A stretch of 32,000 nt of DNA from Saccharolobus solfataricus (GTDB taxonomy: Archaea > Thermoproteota > Thermoprotei_A > Sulfolobales > Sulfolobaceae), in NCBI RefSeq assembly GCF_900079115.1, contig NZ_LT549890.1, forward strand, positions 120,001 through 152,000, given 5' to 3'. The first letter of the stretch is position 1. The number at the start of each line of letters is the position of its first letter. The notes below the pieces were generated by a model. The model did not search any database. It had not been told where the DNA came from and worked only from the letters and a program-made list of their open reading frames with translations. Below are positions 7,615-18,094 of the stretch, piece after piece. A program made the position numbers and the translations under genes.

Positions 7615-8100
7615 CAGTATATTTAAGATACTTTAAATAAATTACTGATACCGCTTTCTTTAAATTCAGTAATATTCACACCATCCGATGTATGTCCGAC
7701 ATATAAGAATTATATTAAATTTTTATAAAGACTTATTTTTAACGTTACCATAAAGAATACTATTAAATAGAATTTGTCTTAGCATTTTTAGGGTATAAGA
7801 TAAGTTAAGGGAAAATTCCTCTAGACTACTATACCGACTCCCTCCGGTAAGTTGCCCTCTCTCTATCGAATTTGAAATAGTTGAGATAGTCATAATTGAA
7901 TATTTGAGATCTCTGTCCCATTCTCTGTATCGTAGGAAAGGAATAAGCAAATTATGCGGAGAAAATACGCTTTTACATAAGATGAATATAAGAGGAAAAA
8001 CAAAATCTCAATTCAATATAATTGATCTAAGAACAGAGTATATCAGAAAGAGCAATGCTTATATAATAAGCAAAGTAAGATAATAATTGGCGGTTCTAAT

Positions 8101-8730
8101 TTGTCATCTTCTCTCGATGACTATCCTCTTTCTTTAAAGACAATGTACGATATAGCTGAGTTTATACTCAGAGCGGCTAAAGCAATAAAACCAGAACAAA
8201 CAATTAAGATGGTAAATGAATTAGAAAATTTCTATAAAAATAACCGAAATGGAAAGGTATTGGTAATGGGGGCTGGGAGAAGCGGACTAGTAGGAAGAGC
8301 TTTTGCTATGAGGTTACTTCATTTAGGTTTTAACTCCTATGTTCTAGGAGAAACCATAGTACCTGCTATTGGAAAGAACGATATAGTAGTTGCTATTTCA
8401 GGTTCTGGTAGAACTAAACTAATTCTGACAGCTGCAGAAGCGGCAAAAGAAGCCGGAGCTAAATTAATATCAATAACAAGTTATTTCGATAGTCCCCTAG
8501 CAAAAATATCTGATGTGGTAATCGAAATTCCAGGTAGGACAAAATACTCAAAGAATGAGGACTATTTCGCTAGACAAATACTTGGAATAACTGAGCCGTT
8601 AGCACCATTAGGTACACTATTTGAGGATACTACGCAAATTTTCTTAGATGGTATTGTAGCAGAGCTCATGATAAGGTTGAAGAAGACTGAAGAAGATTTG
8701 AGGTTAATTCATGCAAATATTGAACTATAG
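8101..8730 (+). CDS. SIS-domain sugar-phosphate isomerase, 6-phospho-3-hexuloisomerase (PHI)-like
   Basis: [48 protein letters not shown] matches the SIS/PHI signature. TTG start per the ORF track. Confidence 0.8.
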   Translation: MSSSLDDYPLSLKTMYDIAEFILRAAKAIKPEQTIKMVNELENFYKNNRNGKVLVMGAGRSGLVGRAFAMRLLHLGFNSYVLGETIVPAIGKNDIVVAISGSGRTKLILTAAEAAKEAGAKLISITSYFDSPLAKISDVVIEIPGRTKYSKNEDYFARQILGITEPLAPLGTLFEDTTQIFLDGIVAELMIRLKKTEEDLRLIHANIEL

Positions 8731-8734
8731 TTTC
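8729..8734 (+). promoter_or_regulatory. Single AGTTTC hexamer (ANTTTC-type) about 40 nt upstream of the cedB-like ATG, followed by an A/T-rich TATA-like stretch (8751-8765)
   Basis: Direct reading. As I recall, ANTTTC hexamers were reported as important in UV-inducible promoters of S. acidocaldarius. One 6-mer is weak evidence on its own. Confidence 0.25.
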
Positions 8735-8772
8735 TCTTCAGTCACCCATAATTTTTAATTTATAGAATAAAT

Positions 8773-10575
8773 ATGGGTATAGAAAACTTTACCGCAAAGA
8801 TCGTTGGATTATCAATAGTATCGCTGCTTGTAGTATTAATGTTTTTATACAAGTTAATATACATAATACCACTTATTTTTATAGTATTACTTGTATTTCA
8901 GAGTGAGAAGAAGATTTTTGCTTTTCTATCAAAGAATACAAAACAAATACAACCGTATAGTATTGAAGATGGAGTATTCTACAATGAAAAGAACGCTAGT
9001 GCGGTTTTAATAATAGATGATATACAAATGGATTATAAAGATTTTACAAATTCTAACCTAAGATCATTTATATCATCTTTCCATAAAATTTTAGATATAG
9101 CAAAGGATATTAATATAGTATTAAAGAGAGAGAGCTTAGATAAAAACGTATACATAGAATCACTTTCACAGAAAATACAAGCACTTAGAATAATGATTGA
9201 TAGCGATCCTTCAAATGAGAAAGCTAAAAGAAAGCTCGAGCTGATGGAAACTATAATATCAAGAATCGAATCCGGCGAGAATCCATTTAGATATGAAATG
9301 TACATTATCATTAACTCTAGAGATAAAAATTCTGCGTTATCTACTGCATCCATGATCAGACAAGGACTAGAAGGTCTTGGCATAAAAACTCGGCTAGCCA
9401 CATTACATGAAATACAGAAGTTAGTAAGGGATTTTTTTCATTCAAAATTAAATCTTAACAAGATTGCATTACCTACTCAGATTCCATATCTAACACCGAT
9501 ATCCGTAGAGAAAAAACCCAAAAGTAGTATTATAATTGATGGAGTACTACTAGGAAAAGATATAAATAATAATGGATTAGTATTTTGGAATATAACCAAA
9601 AGCCAGAACAGTCATCTATTAATTGTTGGACCTACTGGTTCAGGTAAGACCGAGTTTTTAATCTGGCTTTCCACAATACTAAATCTGATCTATGGAGGCA
9701 CCGTAATCCTATTTGACGTAAAAGGGGATATAAAATATAGGCTTTCTATGTATAAAGTGCCATTTCAGTTAATAAATCCGTTATTTTATAGGCTAGGACT
9801 TCTTGATGAGTATGATATCCCAATTAGGATTAAGTTACTTCAAATCGAGAAAATACTTCTTAATTCTTTCAGATTAAGCAAGTTTAACTCCTCCATTTTA
9901 TACAATTATCTAAATAGATTAATAGATATTAGCTACTTAAAATATAGAATTAAATGGAAAGATTTAGAGAAATACTTAAGTGAAATAGATGATGTACAAC
10001 TAAAGTACTATCTAAGCAAATTAATAAACATCTTATCCTCAATGGAAGATTCGGAATTACCACCTTTATTACATGGAGTTAATGAGAATGAGATTAATCT
10101 GATAGATCTCACTCTAATTAAGAGTGAAGAAATAAAAAGACTCATAATATATACACTTATACAGGAATTATATAATAAATTTTCATTAGAAAAAATATAT
10201 GATAAACCAAGAGTATTCTTAGTGTTAGACGAAGCATGGACTATTTTAAAAAACGAATCGGAAGATTATCCAATTGTGGCAGACTTGATAAAAAGAGGAA
10301 GAGGATATGGAATTTCCATTATAATGGCGACACAAAATTTAGAAGATCTAGGTGACCTAGCCAATATATATTTAGATAACATAGGAGTATCAGTATTTAT
10401 GAATAATGGAGATAAAAAATTCTGGGAGGAGATAAGGAGATTCGTTAATGTTGATAACGATACGTTATCTAATAATTTGATATTCATGAATAGAGGAGAG
10501 GCCCTCGTAAGATTTTTAGGAGATCCTAGGCCAGTAATTATAAAATTAAATACCTTAGCCGGTAGCTCGTTCTAA
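8773..10575 (+). CDS. cedB: Membrane-anchored VirB4/HerA-type (DUF87-like) ATPase; probable CedB of the crenarchaeal DNA-import (Ced) system
   Basis: Two N-terminal TM helices. Walker A LIVGPTGSGKT, Walker B RVFLVLDEAW, and downstream IIMATQNLEDL. The position next to the lysYZM-lysWXJK cluster matches my recollection of cedB (Saci_0748) beside the lys genes in S. acidocaldarius. Confidence 0.75.
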   Translation: MGIENFTAKIVGLSIVSLLVVLMFLYKLIYIIPLIFIVLLVFQSEKKIFAFLSKNTKQIQPYSIEDGVFYNEKNASAVLIIDDIQMDYKDFTNSNLRSFISSFHKILDIAKDINIVLKRESLDKNVYIESLSQKIQALRIMIDSDPSNEKAKRKLELMETIISRIESGENPFRYEMYIIINSRDKNSALSTASMIRQGLEGLGIKTRLATLHEIQKLVRDFFHSKLNLNKIALPTQIPYLTPISVEKKPKSSIIIDGVLLGKDINNNGLVFWNITKSQNSHLLIVGPTGSGKTEFLIWLSTILNLIYGGTVILFDVKGDIKYRLSMYKVPFQLINPLFYRLGLLDEYDIPIRIKLLQIEKILLNSFRLSKFNSSILYNYLNRLIDISYLKYRIKWKDLEKYLSEIDDVQLKYYLSKLINILSSMEDSELPPLLHGVNENEINLIDLTLIKSEEIKRLIIYTLIQELYNKFSLEKIYDKPRVFLVLDEAWTILKNESEDYPIVADLIKRGRGYGISIIMATQNLEDLGDLANIYLDNIGVSVFMNNGDKKFWEEIRRFVNVDNDTLSNNLIFMNRGEALVRFLGDPRPVIIKLNTLAGSSF

Positions 10576-10983
10576 AATAGCTTGTATACCTGTTTTTATT
10601 TTGTTATAGATTATATCGCTATTTACATTCTTTAGAACTATCTCTCGTATATCGTTTTTATCCATTTCAATAGTATAATCTATTTTATTTAATTCCTTCT
10701 CTGATTCTAGAATTTTACTTAAGGCTGAAAAATATGACTTGCTTAACGTGATTTTGTTTTTAATAACAAATTTTGCTACAGGTGGAGTAAAATAAATCTC
10801 GGCTAGAATTTCACCCTTCTTATTCTTTATATATTCTATGCTACCTTTATTACCTTTTATGGTAGGTATATAACCGGATTCTATAATACTCAATAGAAAC
10901 TCATAAAATTCCAATTCCTTTCTTAAGCTTGTAATCTTACTCTCAAGGAATTTTTTTAGTTCATCAGTGTTAACACTCATCAC
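10555..10983 (-). CDS. Hypothetical soluble protein (142 aa), convergent with the cedB-like gene and overlapping it by 21 nt
   Basis: ORF track. Coiled-coil-like N-terminus (DELKKFLESKITSLRKELEFYEFLLSI). No family recognised. Confidence 0.6.
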   Translation of the reverse strand: MMSVNTDELKKFLESKITSLRKELEFYEFLLSIIESGYIPTIKGNKGSIEYIKNKKGEILAEIYFTPPVAKFVIKNKITLSKSYFSALSKILESEKELNKIDYTIEMDKNDIREIVLKNVNSDIIYNKIKTGIQAILERATG

Positions 10984-11036
10984 AAATATCTATATACATT
11001 AAACTATATATAACCTAAACTGCAATAGTTAGTTTA

Positions 11037-12095
11037 ATGAAAGATAAAGTTAGAGTTGCCGTAGTTGGAGGTTCAGGATATACGGGCGGAGAATTACTAA
11101 GAATATTAGTTACACATCCGAAGACAGAAATATCAGTCATAACTTCTAGAGAATATGCGGGAAAACCAGTATCATTGATACATCCGAATTTAAGAGGACT
11201 AATATCTCTTAATTTTACAAATTTCTCAATAGATAAGATCTCAGACAAAGCTGACGCAATTTTTCTTGCTCTACCTCATGGAGTATCGTTAAATTACGCG
11301 CCTAAATTACTAGATTTAGGATTGACAGTCGTGGATTTAAGTGCAGATTTTAGACTCAAAAATCCAGAACTTTATAAAATATGGTACAATTATGAACATC
11401 CTTATCCAGATCTATTAGACAAGGCGGTATATGGGCTACCAGAGTTACATTACGAGGAATTAAAAAATGCTAAACTTATAGCATCCCCAGGCTGTAATGC
11501 AACTGCAACTATACTAGCGTTAGCCCCAATTGTGGCAACAAAAATAACTGACGAGAAAAAGTTCATCAGCGACGTAAAAGTAGGCAGTAGCGAAGGAGGA
11601 GCAAAACCATCAGAAGGTAGCCATCATCCAGAGAGACAAAATGCAATTAGACCTTATGAAGCTGAAGGGCATAGACACGCAGCAGAGGCTGAACAAGAAC
11701 TGTCTAGAATAGCTAAAGCAAATATAAGCGTGAGTATTGTCCCTCATGCAGTGAGTAGCATCAGAGGAGCCTTAGCGTCTGCACATACGTGGTTAACTAA
11801 TGAACTAGAAGAGATTGAAATATGGAAAAAAATAGCTGAGTTTTATAGGGGTAAGAGATTCATTAGAATAATTAGGGGAAACATACACCCATATCCTGAT
11901 CCAAAATTCGTTATCGGAAGCAACTTTGCTGATATAGGATTCGCTGTAGAAAAGAGAATTTCAAGACTAACAACGTTCTCCGCTATAGATAATTTAATGA
12001 AAGGCGCTGCTGGCCAAGCTGTCCAAGCTTTCAATATTTCTATGGGATTTAACGAAGATGACGGATTAAAACTAGTACCCTTGAGGCCTGCCTAA
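11037..12095 (+). CDS. lysY: [LysW]-aminoadipate/glutamate semialdehyde-forming reductase (ArgC/LysY family, N-acetyl-gamma-glutamyl-phosphate reductase homologue)
   Basis: VAVVGGSGYTGGELLRIL NAD(P) motif and active-site ASPGCNATA. Followed by lysZ with a 1-nt gap. Confidence 0.9.
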   Translation: MKDKVRVAVVGGSGYTGGELLRILVTHPKTEISVITSREYAGKPVSLIHPNLRGLISLNFTNFSIDKISDKADAIFLALPHGVSLNYAPKLLDLGLTVVDLSADFRLKNPELYKIWYNYEHPYPDLLDKAVYGLPELHYEELKNAKLIASPGCNATATILALAPIVATKITDEKKFISDVKVGSSEGGAKPSEGSHHPERQNAIRPYEAEGHRHAAEAEQELSRIAKANISVSIVPHAVSSIRGALASAHTWLTNELEEIEIWKKIAEFYRGKRFIRIIRGNIHPYPDPKFVIGSNFADIGFAVEKRISRLTTFSAIDNLMKGAAGQAVQAFNISMGFNEDDGLKLVPLRPA

Positions 12096-12096
12096 A

Positions 12097-12891
12097 ATGA
12101 TAGTAGTTAAAATAGGTGGAAGAGTAGTTAAGAATTCATTAGATAAGATAATTTTAGATATATTAAATATAAATGACAAGGTAATCTTGGTGCATGGAGG
12201 AGGAGACATCGTAACAGACTACACTAAAAGATTAGGAATTGAACCAGTTTTCGTAACATCACCAGAAGGTATAAGAAGCAGATACACTACAAAAGAAGAA
12301 TTAGAAGTTTACATTATGGCAATGAGCCTTATAAATAAATCAATTACTTCAAAATTGTGCAGCTTAGGTAAAAACGCTATAGGAATTACTGGCGTCGATG
12401 GGGGTTTACTGCTGGCAGAAAGAAAGAAAAGAATAGTCGTTATAGACGAAAGAGGAAAGAAAAGGATAATTGAGGGTGGATATACGGGGAAAGTAAAAGA
12501 AGTGAGGAGTGAAATTATAAATCATTTAGTTAAATTGTTTGATATAATAGTAGTATCACCTATAGCGTTAGATGTTGAAGAGAGAACTCCACTAAATATT
12601 GACGGAGATCAAGCCGCATTTGCTATAAGTAAAGCTTTGAGAGCAAACGTGTTAATACTTCTTTCAGATGTTGAAGGGGTATTAGTAGAAGGAAAAGTAA
12701 TTAACAGGCTTACTCCTAGCGAGGCGAAAGAGCTTTCGAAAAAAATAGGACCTGGAATGAATAGAAAGTTACTAATGGCTGCCGAAAGTGTTGAGAACGG
12801 CGTTAATAAAGTAATAATAGGGTCTGGAGTTAAAGATAGACCAATTATCAATGCATTAGAACTCAATGGGACGGTGATAGCGAATGGGTAA
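12097..12891 (+). CDS. lysZ: [LysW]-aminoadipate/glutamate kinase (ArgB/LysZ amino-acid kinase family)
   Basis: MIVVKIGGRV...VILVHGGG...NIDGDQAAFAI are acetylglutamate-kinase-family motifs. Operon context supports the call. Confidence 0.9.
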   Translation: MIVVKIGGRVVKNSLDKIILDILNINDKVILVHGGGDIVTDYTKRLGIEPVFVTSPEGIRSRYTTKEELEVYIMAMSLINKSITSKLCSLGKNAIGITGVDGGLLLAERKKRIVVIDERGKKRIIEGGYTGKVKEVRSEIINHLVKLFDIIVVSPIALDVEERTPLNIDGDQAAFAISKALRANVLILLSDVEGVLVEGKVINRLTPSEAKELSKKIGPGMNRKLLMAAESVENGVNKVIIGSGVKDRPIINALELNGTVIANG

Positions 12892-13312
12892 TGCAAATAT
12901 TGATGAAAGTGATTTAAAAATATTAGAGATTCTGAAAAAGAACGCCAGAACACCTTACACATTGATAGCCAAGGAGCTTAAGGTAAGCGAAGCCGCAATA
13001 CGAAAAAGAATAGAGAAATTAATACGGCAAGGTATAATTAAGAGATTTACTATAGAATATGAGCTAGAAAATGAGATTAGAGCAATAGTTATGGTTCAAT
13101 CTACGCCACAAATACCGACACCAGAAATATCTAAAAAGATAGCAAAAATTCCAGGAGTTGAAGTAGTATATGAAACTACTGGAGATTATGATATTCTAGT
13201 AATAGTTAGAGGGACAAACATTACATCAATCAATAGGACAATAGATGAGATTAGAAGCATTCAAGGTGTTGTGGGAACAAATAGTACTATTATCCTTAGA
13301 ACCTGGTTCTAA
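12884..13312 (+). CDS. lysM: Lrp/AsnC-family transcription regulator LysM
   Basis: N-terminal HTH (DLKILEILKKNARTPYTLIAKELKVSEAAIRKRIEKL) plus a C-terminal RAM/ACT-like domain. The position between lysZ and lysW matches the Sulfolobus lys cluster. Confidence 0.85.
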   Translation: MGNANIDESDLKILEILKKNARTPYTLIAKELKVSEAAIRKRIEKLIRQGIIKRFTIEYELENEIRAIVMVQSTPQIPTPEISKKIAKIPGVEVVYETTGDYDILVIVRGTNITSINRTIDEIRSIQGVVGTNSTIILRTWF

Positions 13313-13355
13313 AATCGTACCACTTATTACTAAAAACTTTTTCTACACAAAACTA

Positions 13356-13370
13356 AGTTAGTATCTAACT
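13356..13370. promoter_or_regulatory. Perfect 15-bp palindrome AGTTAG-TAT-CTAACT 9 nt upstream of the lysW ATG; candidate operator
   Basis: Direct reading. The size and A/T centre resemble Lrp-type sites. Its position (downstream of the likely TATA) differs from my recollection that LysM binds upstream of the promoter. Confidence 0.3.
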
Positions 13371-13378
13371 GACCTTCA

Positions 13379-13549
13379 ATGGTAAATCTAAAATGTCCTA
13401 TCTGTGGTGGAGAAATAACTGTAGAAGACGATGCGTTACCAGGAGAACTTGTAGAACATGAATGCGGAGCTCAATTAGAAGTTGTAAAACAAAACGGCAA
13501 ATTGTCACTTAGACTAGCAGAGCAAATAGGTGAGGATTGGGGAGAGTGA
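13379..13549 (+). CDS. lysW: Amino-group carrier protein LysW (56 aa)
   Basis: Hand translation: [56 protein letters not shown]. It has a zinc-ribbon CxxC...HxC and the conserved C-terminal EDWGE tail. It is not in the ORF track (<60 aa). Confidence 0.9.
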   Translation: MVNLKCPICGGEITVEDDALPGELVEHECGAQLEVVKQNGKLSLRLAEQIGEDWGE

Positions 13550-14397
13550 AAATAGGAATTCTATATGACATGCCCAGATGGGAGGAAAAAAACCTTATTG
13601 AAGAGGGGAAAAAATTAGGTTATCAAGTTGCTACTATATATAGTAAGGATTTTGTCCTTTTTTCAAATGATTTTACTATCGATAATGATACAGATCTTTT
13701 TATCCAAAGAAACGTATCACATAACAGAGCCCTTATTACTTCATTTTTAGTAGAACAAGTTGGCTATCCTGTAATAAATGACCACACGACTTTAATTAGA
13801 TGTGAAAACAAAATTTTTACTACCTATATTTTAGCTAGACATAATATACCAACACCTAAAACTTTCATAGCATTCGATAAGACAAATGCAATAGAATATT
13901 CAAAAAAGCTAGGCTATCCAGTAGTTATAAAGCCTGTTGAAGGAAGTTGGGGAAGAATGGTAGCTAAAGCTGATAACTTAGACGTACTATATAGCTATCT
14001 AGAGTATCAAGAGTTTAGCACGCAAAAATATAAGGATATATATTATATACAAGAATTCGTTAACAAACCAAATAGAGATATAAGGATATTCGTAATAGGA
14101 GACGAGACGCCAGTTGGAATTTACAGAGTTAACGAAAACAATTGGAGAACCAATACTGCATTAGGTGCAAAGGCCTATCCTCTTAAAATAGATGAGGAAC
14201 TCAGAGAACTCGCATTAAAAGTAAAGGACATAATAGGGGGTTTCTTTTTAGGAATAGACATTTTTGAAGATAAGGATCGTGGATACCTCGTAGATGAAGT
14301 TAATGGAGTACCAGAATACAAAAATACTGTAAGAGTAAACAATTTTAATGTATCAAAATTCCTTTTAGAAAAGGCAGCGGAATGGGTGAAAAAATGA
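13546..14397 (+). CDS. lysX: ATP-grasp ligase LysX ([LysW]-alpha-aminoadipate ligase, RimK family)
   Basis: ATP-grasp motifs ([33 protein letters not shown]). The likely start is GTG 13546, overlapping the lysW TGA (GTGA). The ORF track begins at TTG 13537. Confidence 0.9.
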
Positions 14398-15560
14398 TAA
14401 AGTTATTAAAATTCTATCAAGACAGAGGAATTAAAATTATTAAAGGAGAAGGGCAATACGTCTGGGATGAAAAGAACAATAAATATTTGGATATGCACGC
14501 GGGGCATGGAGTAGCCTTTCTTGGTCATAGAAATAAAGTTATTATTGATCATTTGAAAAAGCAAATGGAGGAAATCTCTACTCTTTCCTTAGCTTTTGAT
14601 ACACCAATACGAGAAGAGATGATAAAAGAACTAGATGAGTTAAAACCAGAGGACTTAGATAATTTATTCCTTTTGAATAGTGGATCTGAAGCAGTAGAGT
14701 TGGCATTAAAAATTGCTAGAAAAATTACCAAAAGAAGAAAAATTGTTGCATTTAAAAACTCCTTCCATGGAAGAAGTATGGGTGCCCTATCAGTAACTTG
14801 GAATAAGAAATATAGAGAACCTTTTGAACCATTAATCGGCCCAGTAGAATTCTTAGAATATAATAATGTAGATTCTCTAAAGAGTATTACGGAAGATACG
14901 GCTGCAGTAATAGTAGAACCAGTACAAGGTGAAGGGGGTGTAATACCAGCTAAGAAAGAGTTTGTAAAGAGTTTAAGAGAAGTTACGGAAAAGGTTAACG
15001 CTCTGTTAATTATAGATGAAGTCCAAACGGGATTCGGTAGAACTGGTAAAATATGGGCATACCAACATTTTGATATAAAACCAGATATACTAACAGCAGG
15101 CAAAGCTATTGGTGGAGGTTTCCCAGTAAGTGCAGTATTTTTACCAAATTGGATAAGTGAGAAAATAGAGGAAGGTGATCATGGTTCTACCTATGGGGGA
15201 AATCCATTAGCAGCCGCTGCAGTTACTGCAGCATGTAAAGTTGCAAAGTCCGAGAAGATTGCAGAACAAGCTCAAAAGAAAGGAGAACTATTTATGAGAA
15301 TTCTAAAAGAGAAATTAGAAGATTTCAAAATAGTTAGAGAAATAAGGGGACTTGGATTAATGATAGGAATAGATTTAAAGGTCAATCCTTCGATTGCTAT
15401 AAAAGTCTTACAAGATGAGAAGGTATTATCATTAAAAGCAGGACTTACAACAATAAGATTCCTACCTCCGTATTTAATAACTCAATCAGATATGGAGTGG
15501 GCTTCAGATGCTACAAGAAAAGGAATTAGTGAAACAGAAAGCAAAAGAGTTGCTTCTTGA
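14394..15560 (+). CDS. lysJ: Class-III PLP aminotransferase LysJ/ArgD ([LysW]-aminoadipate semialdehyde / acetylornithine-type transaminase)
   Basis: [26 protein letters not shown] and the TAGKAIGGG lysine motif. ATG 14394 overlaps the lysX stop (ATGA). The ORF track's alternative ATG is at 14382. Confidence 0.9.
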
Positions 15561-16548
15561 TCTTTTATCAATATACACACCGTCAAAGAGTGAAGCAAAC
15601 GCTACAAAATTCTTTGAGAAAATTTCCAAGGACTTAAACCTTAAACTTGAGATTCTACCAGACTCAAATTCATTTATACTAGGAGAAGGAGATATACTGT
15701 TAGCGTCTCACGTAGATACTGTTTATGGGTATATTGAACCAAAGATAGAAAACGAACTAATCTATGGGAGAGGCGCAGTAGACGCCAAAGGTCCATTAAT
15801 AAGTATGATAATAGCTACATGGCTACTTAATGAGAAAGGAATAAAAGTTAGGGTAAGCGGATTAGCAGATGAGGAAAGTACGAGTATAGGAGCTAAAGAA
15901 CTTATAGCGAAAAATTACAATTTTAAATATATAATTGTGGGAGAACCATCGAATGCTACTGATATAGTAGTAGAGTACAGAGGATCAATACAACTAGATA
16001 TAATGTGTGAAGGTACTCCGGAACACTCTTCGTCAGCTAAGAACAATCTGATCGTGGACATTTCTAAAAAGATAATTGAAGTTTATAAACAGCCTGAAAA
16101 CTACGATAAACCATCAATAGTACCAACAATAATCCGTGCAGGAGAGTCTTATAATGTCACACCAGCAAAATTATATCTACATTTGGATATAAGATATGCA
16201 ATAAATAATAAGAGAGAAGATTTAATCAAAGAGATCACCGACAAATTTCCAGAATGTAATCTTAAAATAGTTGATGAAACGCCGCCAGTAAAAGTAAGTA
16301 TAAATAATCCAGTAGTAAAGTCCTTAGCTAGGGCGTTATTAAAACAAAATATAAAGCCAAGACTGGTTAAAAAAGCAGGAACAAGTGACATGAATATATT
16401 GCAGAGGATAACAACAAATATAGCAACATATGGTCCTGGAAATTCTATGCTAGAACATACTACTCAAGAAAAAATTAGCTTGGATGAAATATATATAGGA
16501 GTAAAAACTTATATGTTGGCAATAGAAGAGCTATGGCAAAAGATCTAA
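15508..16548 (+). CDS. lysK: M20-family metallopeptidase LysK/ArgE ([LysW]-lysine/ornithine hydrolase)
   Basis: [17 protein letters not shown] and GLADEES metal-ligand motifs. It is the last gene of the lysWXJK unit. The start is uncertain, since GTG and TTG alternatives lie downstream near 15529 and 15550. Confidence 0.85.
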
Positions 16549-17321
16549 CTAGAGGCCTTCTCTTTAAGCCTATTTATAAACTGTATGAGTTAGTATTATG
16601 GAATCAGATTCGTAATGGTCCATTGCCAGATCACGTGGGAATTATACCAGATGGAAATAGAAGATGGGCTAGAGATAATAATCTTTCGCTTAATGACGCC
16701 TATTTCTATGGTTATAAAAAATTGAAAGAGGTCTTAATATGGTTGCTAGAACTTGGTATAAAAAATATAACAGTTTTTGTGCTATCTACAGAAAATTGTG
16801 ACAAGAGAAAACAAAATGAGCTATCAATAATAACAACATATATTAAGAGAGGTATACAAGATTTACTAGAAGATCCCATCGTAGATAAGTATGAAGTTAA
16901 AGTAAGTGCAATAGGTAAACTAGATAAATTACCAAAAGATCTTATTGATTATCTAAACAGAGTAGTAGAGAAAACCTCAAACTATGATAAAAGAAAACTT
17001 ACGTTAGCTATTTGCTATGGAGGTAGACAAGAAATATTAGATGCAGTCGTTAGACTTCTGGATGATTATAGAAATGGAAAAATTGTCAAAAGTGAGATAA
17101 ATGAAGAAACGTTTAGAAAATATTTTTATGATAGTGAATTACAAGATATTGATCTAGTAATTAGAACTTCGGGTGAAGTGAGAATTAGTAACTTTTTACT
17201 TTGGCACGTGGCATACTCTGAGTTATTCTTCTGTGAGGCGTATTGGCCAGAATTTAGAAAAATCGATCTATGGAGAGCAATAAGGTCGTTTCAAAAAAGA
17301 AAACGTAACTTTGGGGCCTAA
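16533..17321 (+). CDS. uppS: cis-Prenyltransferase (undecaprenyl/di-trans,poly-cis-polyprenyl diphosphate synthase)
   Basis: [27 protein letters not shown] and a C-terminal RNFG are classical UPPS motifs. Confidence 0.9.
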
Positions 17322-17364
17322 GTTTTTTAATCCTTTATTACACACTTTTAAAGAGGCGTAAATT

Positions 17365-17766
17365 ATGGGATTTTACCAAGGTCCAGATAATAGGAAAATT
17401 ACCGGTGGTTTAAAAGGAAAGCACAGAGATAAGAGAAAATATGAAATTGGAAATCCACCTACATTCACAACACTATCAGCAGAAGATATAAGAATAAAAG
17501 ATAGGACACTCGGTGGAAACTTTAAAGTTAGATTAAAATACACCACAACTGCAAATGTGTTAGACCCAGCTACAAATACTGCAAAAAAAGTTAAGATTCT
17601 TGAGATCTTAGAAACACCAGCAAACAAAGAATTGGCTAGAAGAGGAATAATAATAAGAGGAGCTAAAATTAGGACTGAGGCAGGATTAGCTGTAGTTACG
17701 TCTAGACCAGGACAAGATGGAGTAATAAATGCGGTGCTCTTAAAGAATGAGTCTCAGAGATCTTAA
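17365..17766 (+). CDS. rps8e: 30S ribosomal protein S8e
   Basis: MGFYQGPDNRKITGGLKGKHRDKRKYEIG... is a characteristic S8e N-terminus. Confidence 0.9.
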   Translation: MGFYQGPDNRKITGGLKGKHRDKRKYEIGNPPTFTTLSAEDIRIKDRTLGGNFKVRLKYTTTANVLDPATNTAKKVKILEILETPANKELARRGIIIRGAKIRTEAGLAVVTSRPGQDGVINAVLLKNESQRS

Positions 17767-18055
17767 AGAAGAAAACAGAATAGTTATCTGGCCTTCATAT
17801 TTTTTCTCACCAACTAGGTCTAAGGGAAGACGGCTGGCTAGGATACCGTATAAAATAAAAACCGAAGAATTAGTTTCAACACTTAGGGAACTTGGTCTAG
17901 ATCCGATAGTTATAGAAAATAAAAAATATCCTAGAGATAGAAAGATTAATTTTTTGATAGCGGTAAAGAAAGTTAAAAGTAAAAATTACACGTTAAAAAT
18001 AATACACAACGCACTTATGGGAACGAGACAAACTAATCCTAATAAAAGTAATTAA
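17747..18055 (+). CDS. srp19: Signal recognition particle protein SRP19
   Basis: IWPSYFFSPTRSKGRRLA matches the SRP19 signature. 102 aa. It overlaps the rps8e end by 20 nt. Confidence 0.85.
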   Translation: MSLRDLKEENRIVIWPSYFFSPTRSKGRRLARIPYKIKTEELVSTLRELGLDPIVIENKKYPRDRKINFLIAVKKVKSKNYTLKIIHNALMGTRQTNPNKSN

Positions 18056-18094
18056 GAACATCAAGTTTAATAAAGGAATCCATTTCCATTACAT

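Noticed and set aside
7723-7950. 75-aa ORF (minus, TTG start) in the long intergenic region
   Set aside because: No motif, a non-ATG start and no SD or TATA context that I could see. It is kept only as a note under the intergenic-region finding.
9033-10487. ORFs 9033-9401(-) and 10266-10487(-)
   Set aside because: Antisense to the CedB-like ATPase, which has unambiguous motifs in the + frame.
11015-12962. ORFs 11015-11248(-), 11843-12034(-) and 12609-12962(-)
   Set aside because: Antisense to lysY, lysZ and lysM. No independent support.
14549-17627. ORFs 14549-15103(-), 16149-16391(-) and 17373-17627(-)
   Set aside because: Antisense to lysJ, lysK and rps8e, whose sense frames carry family motifs.
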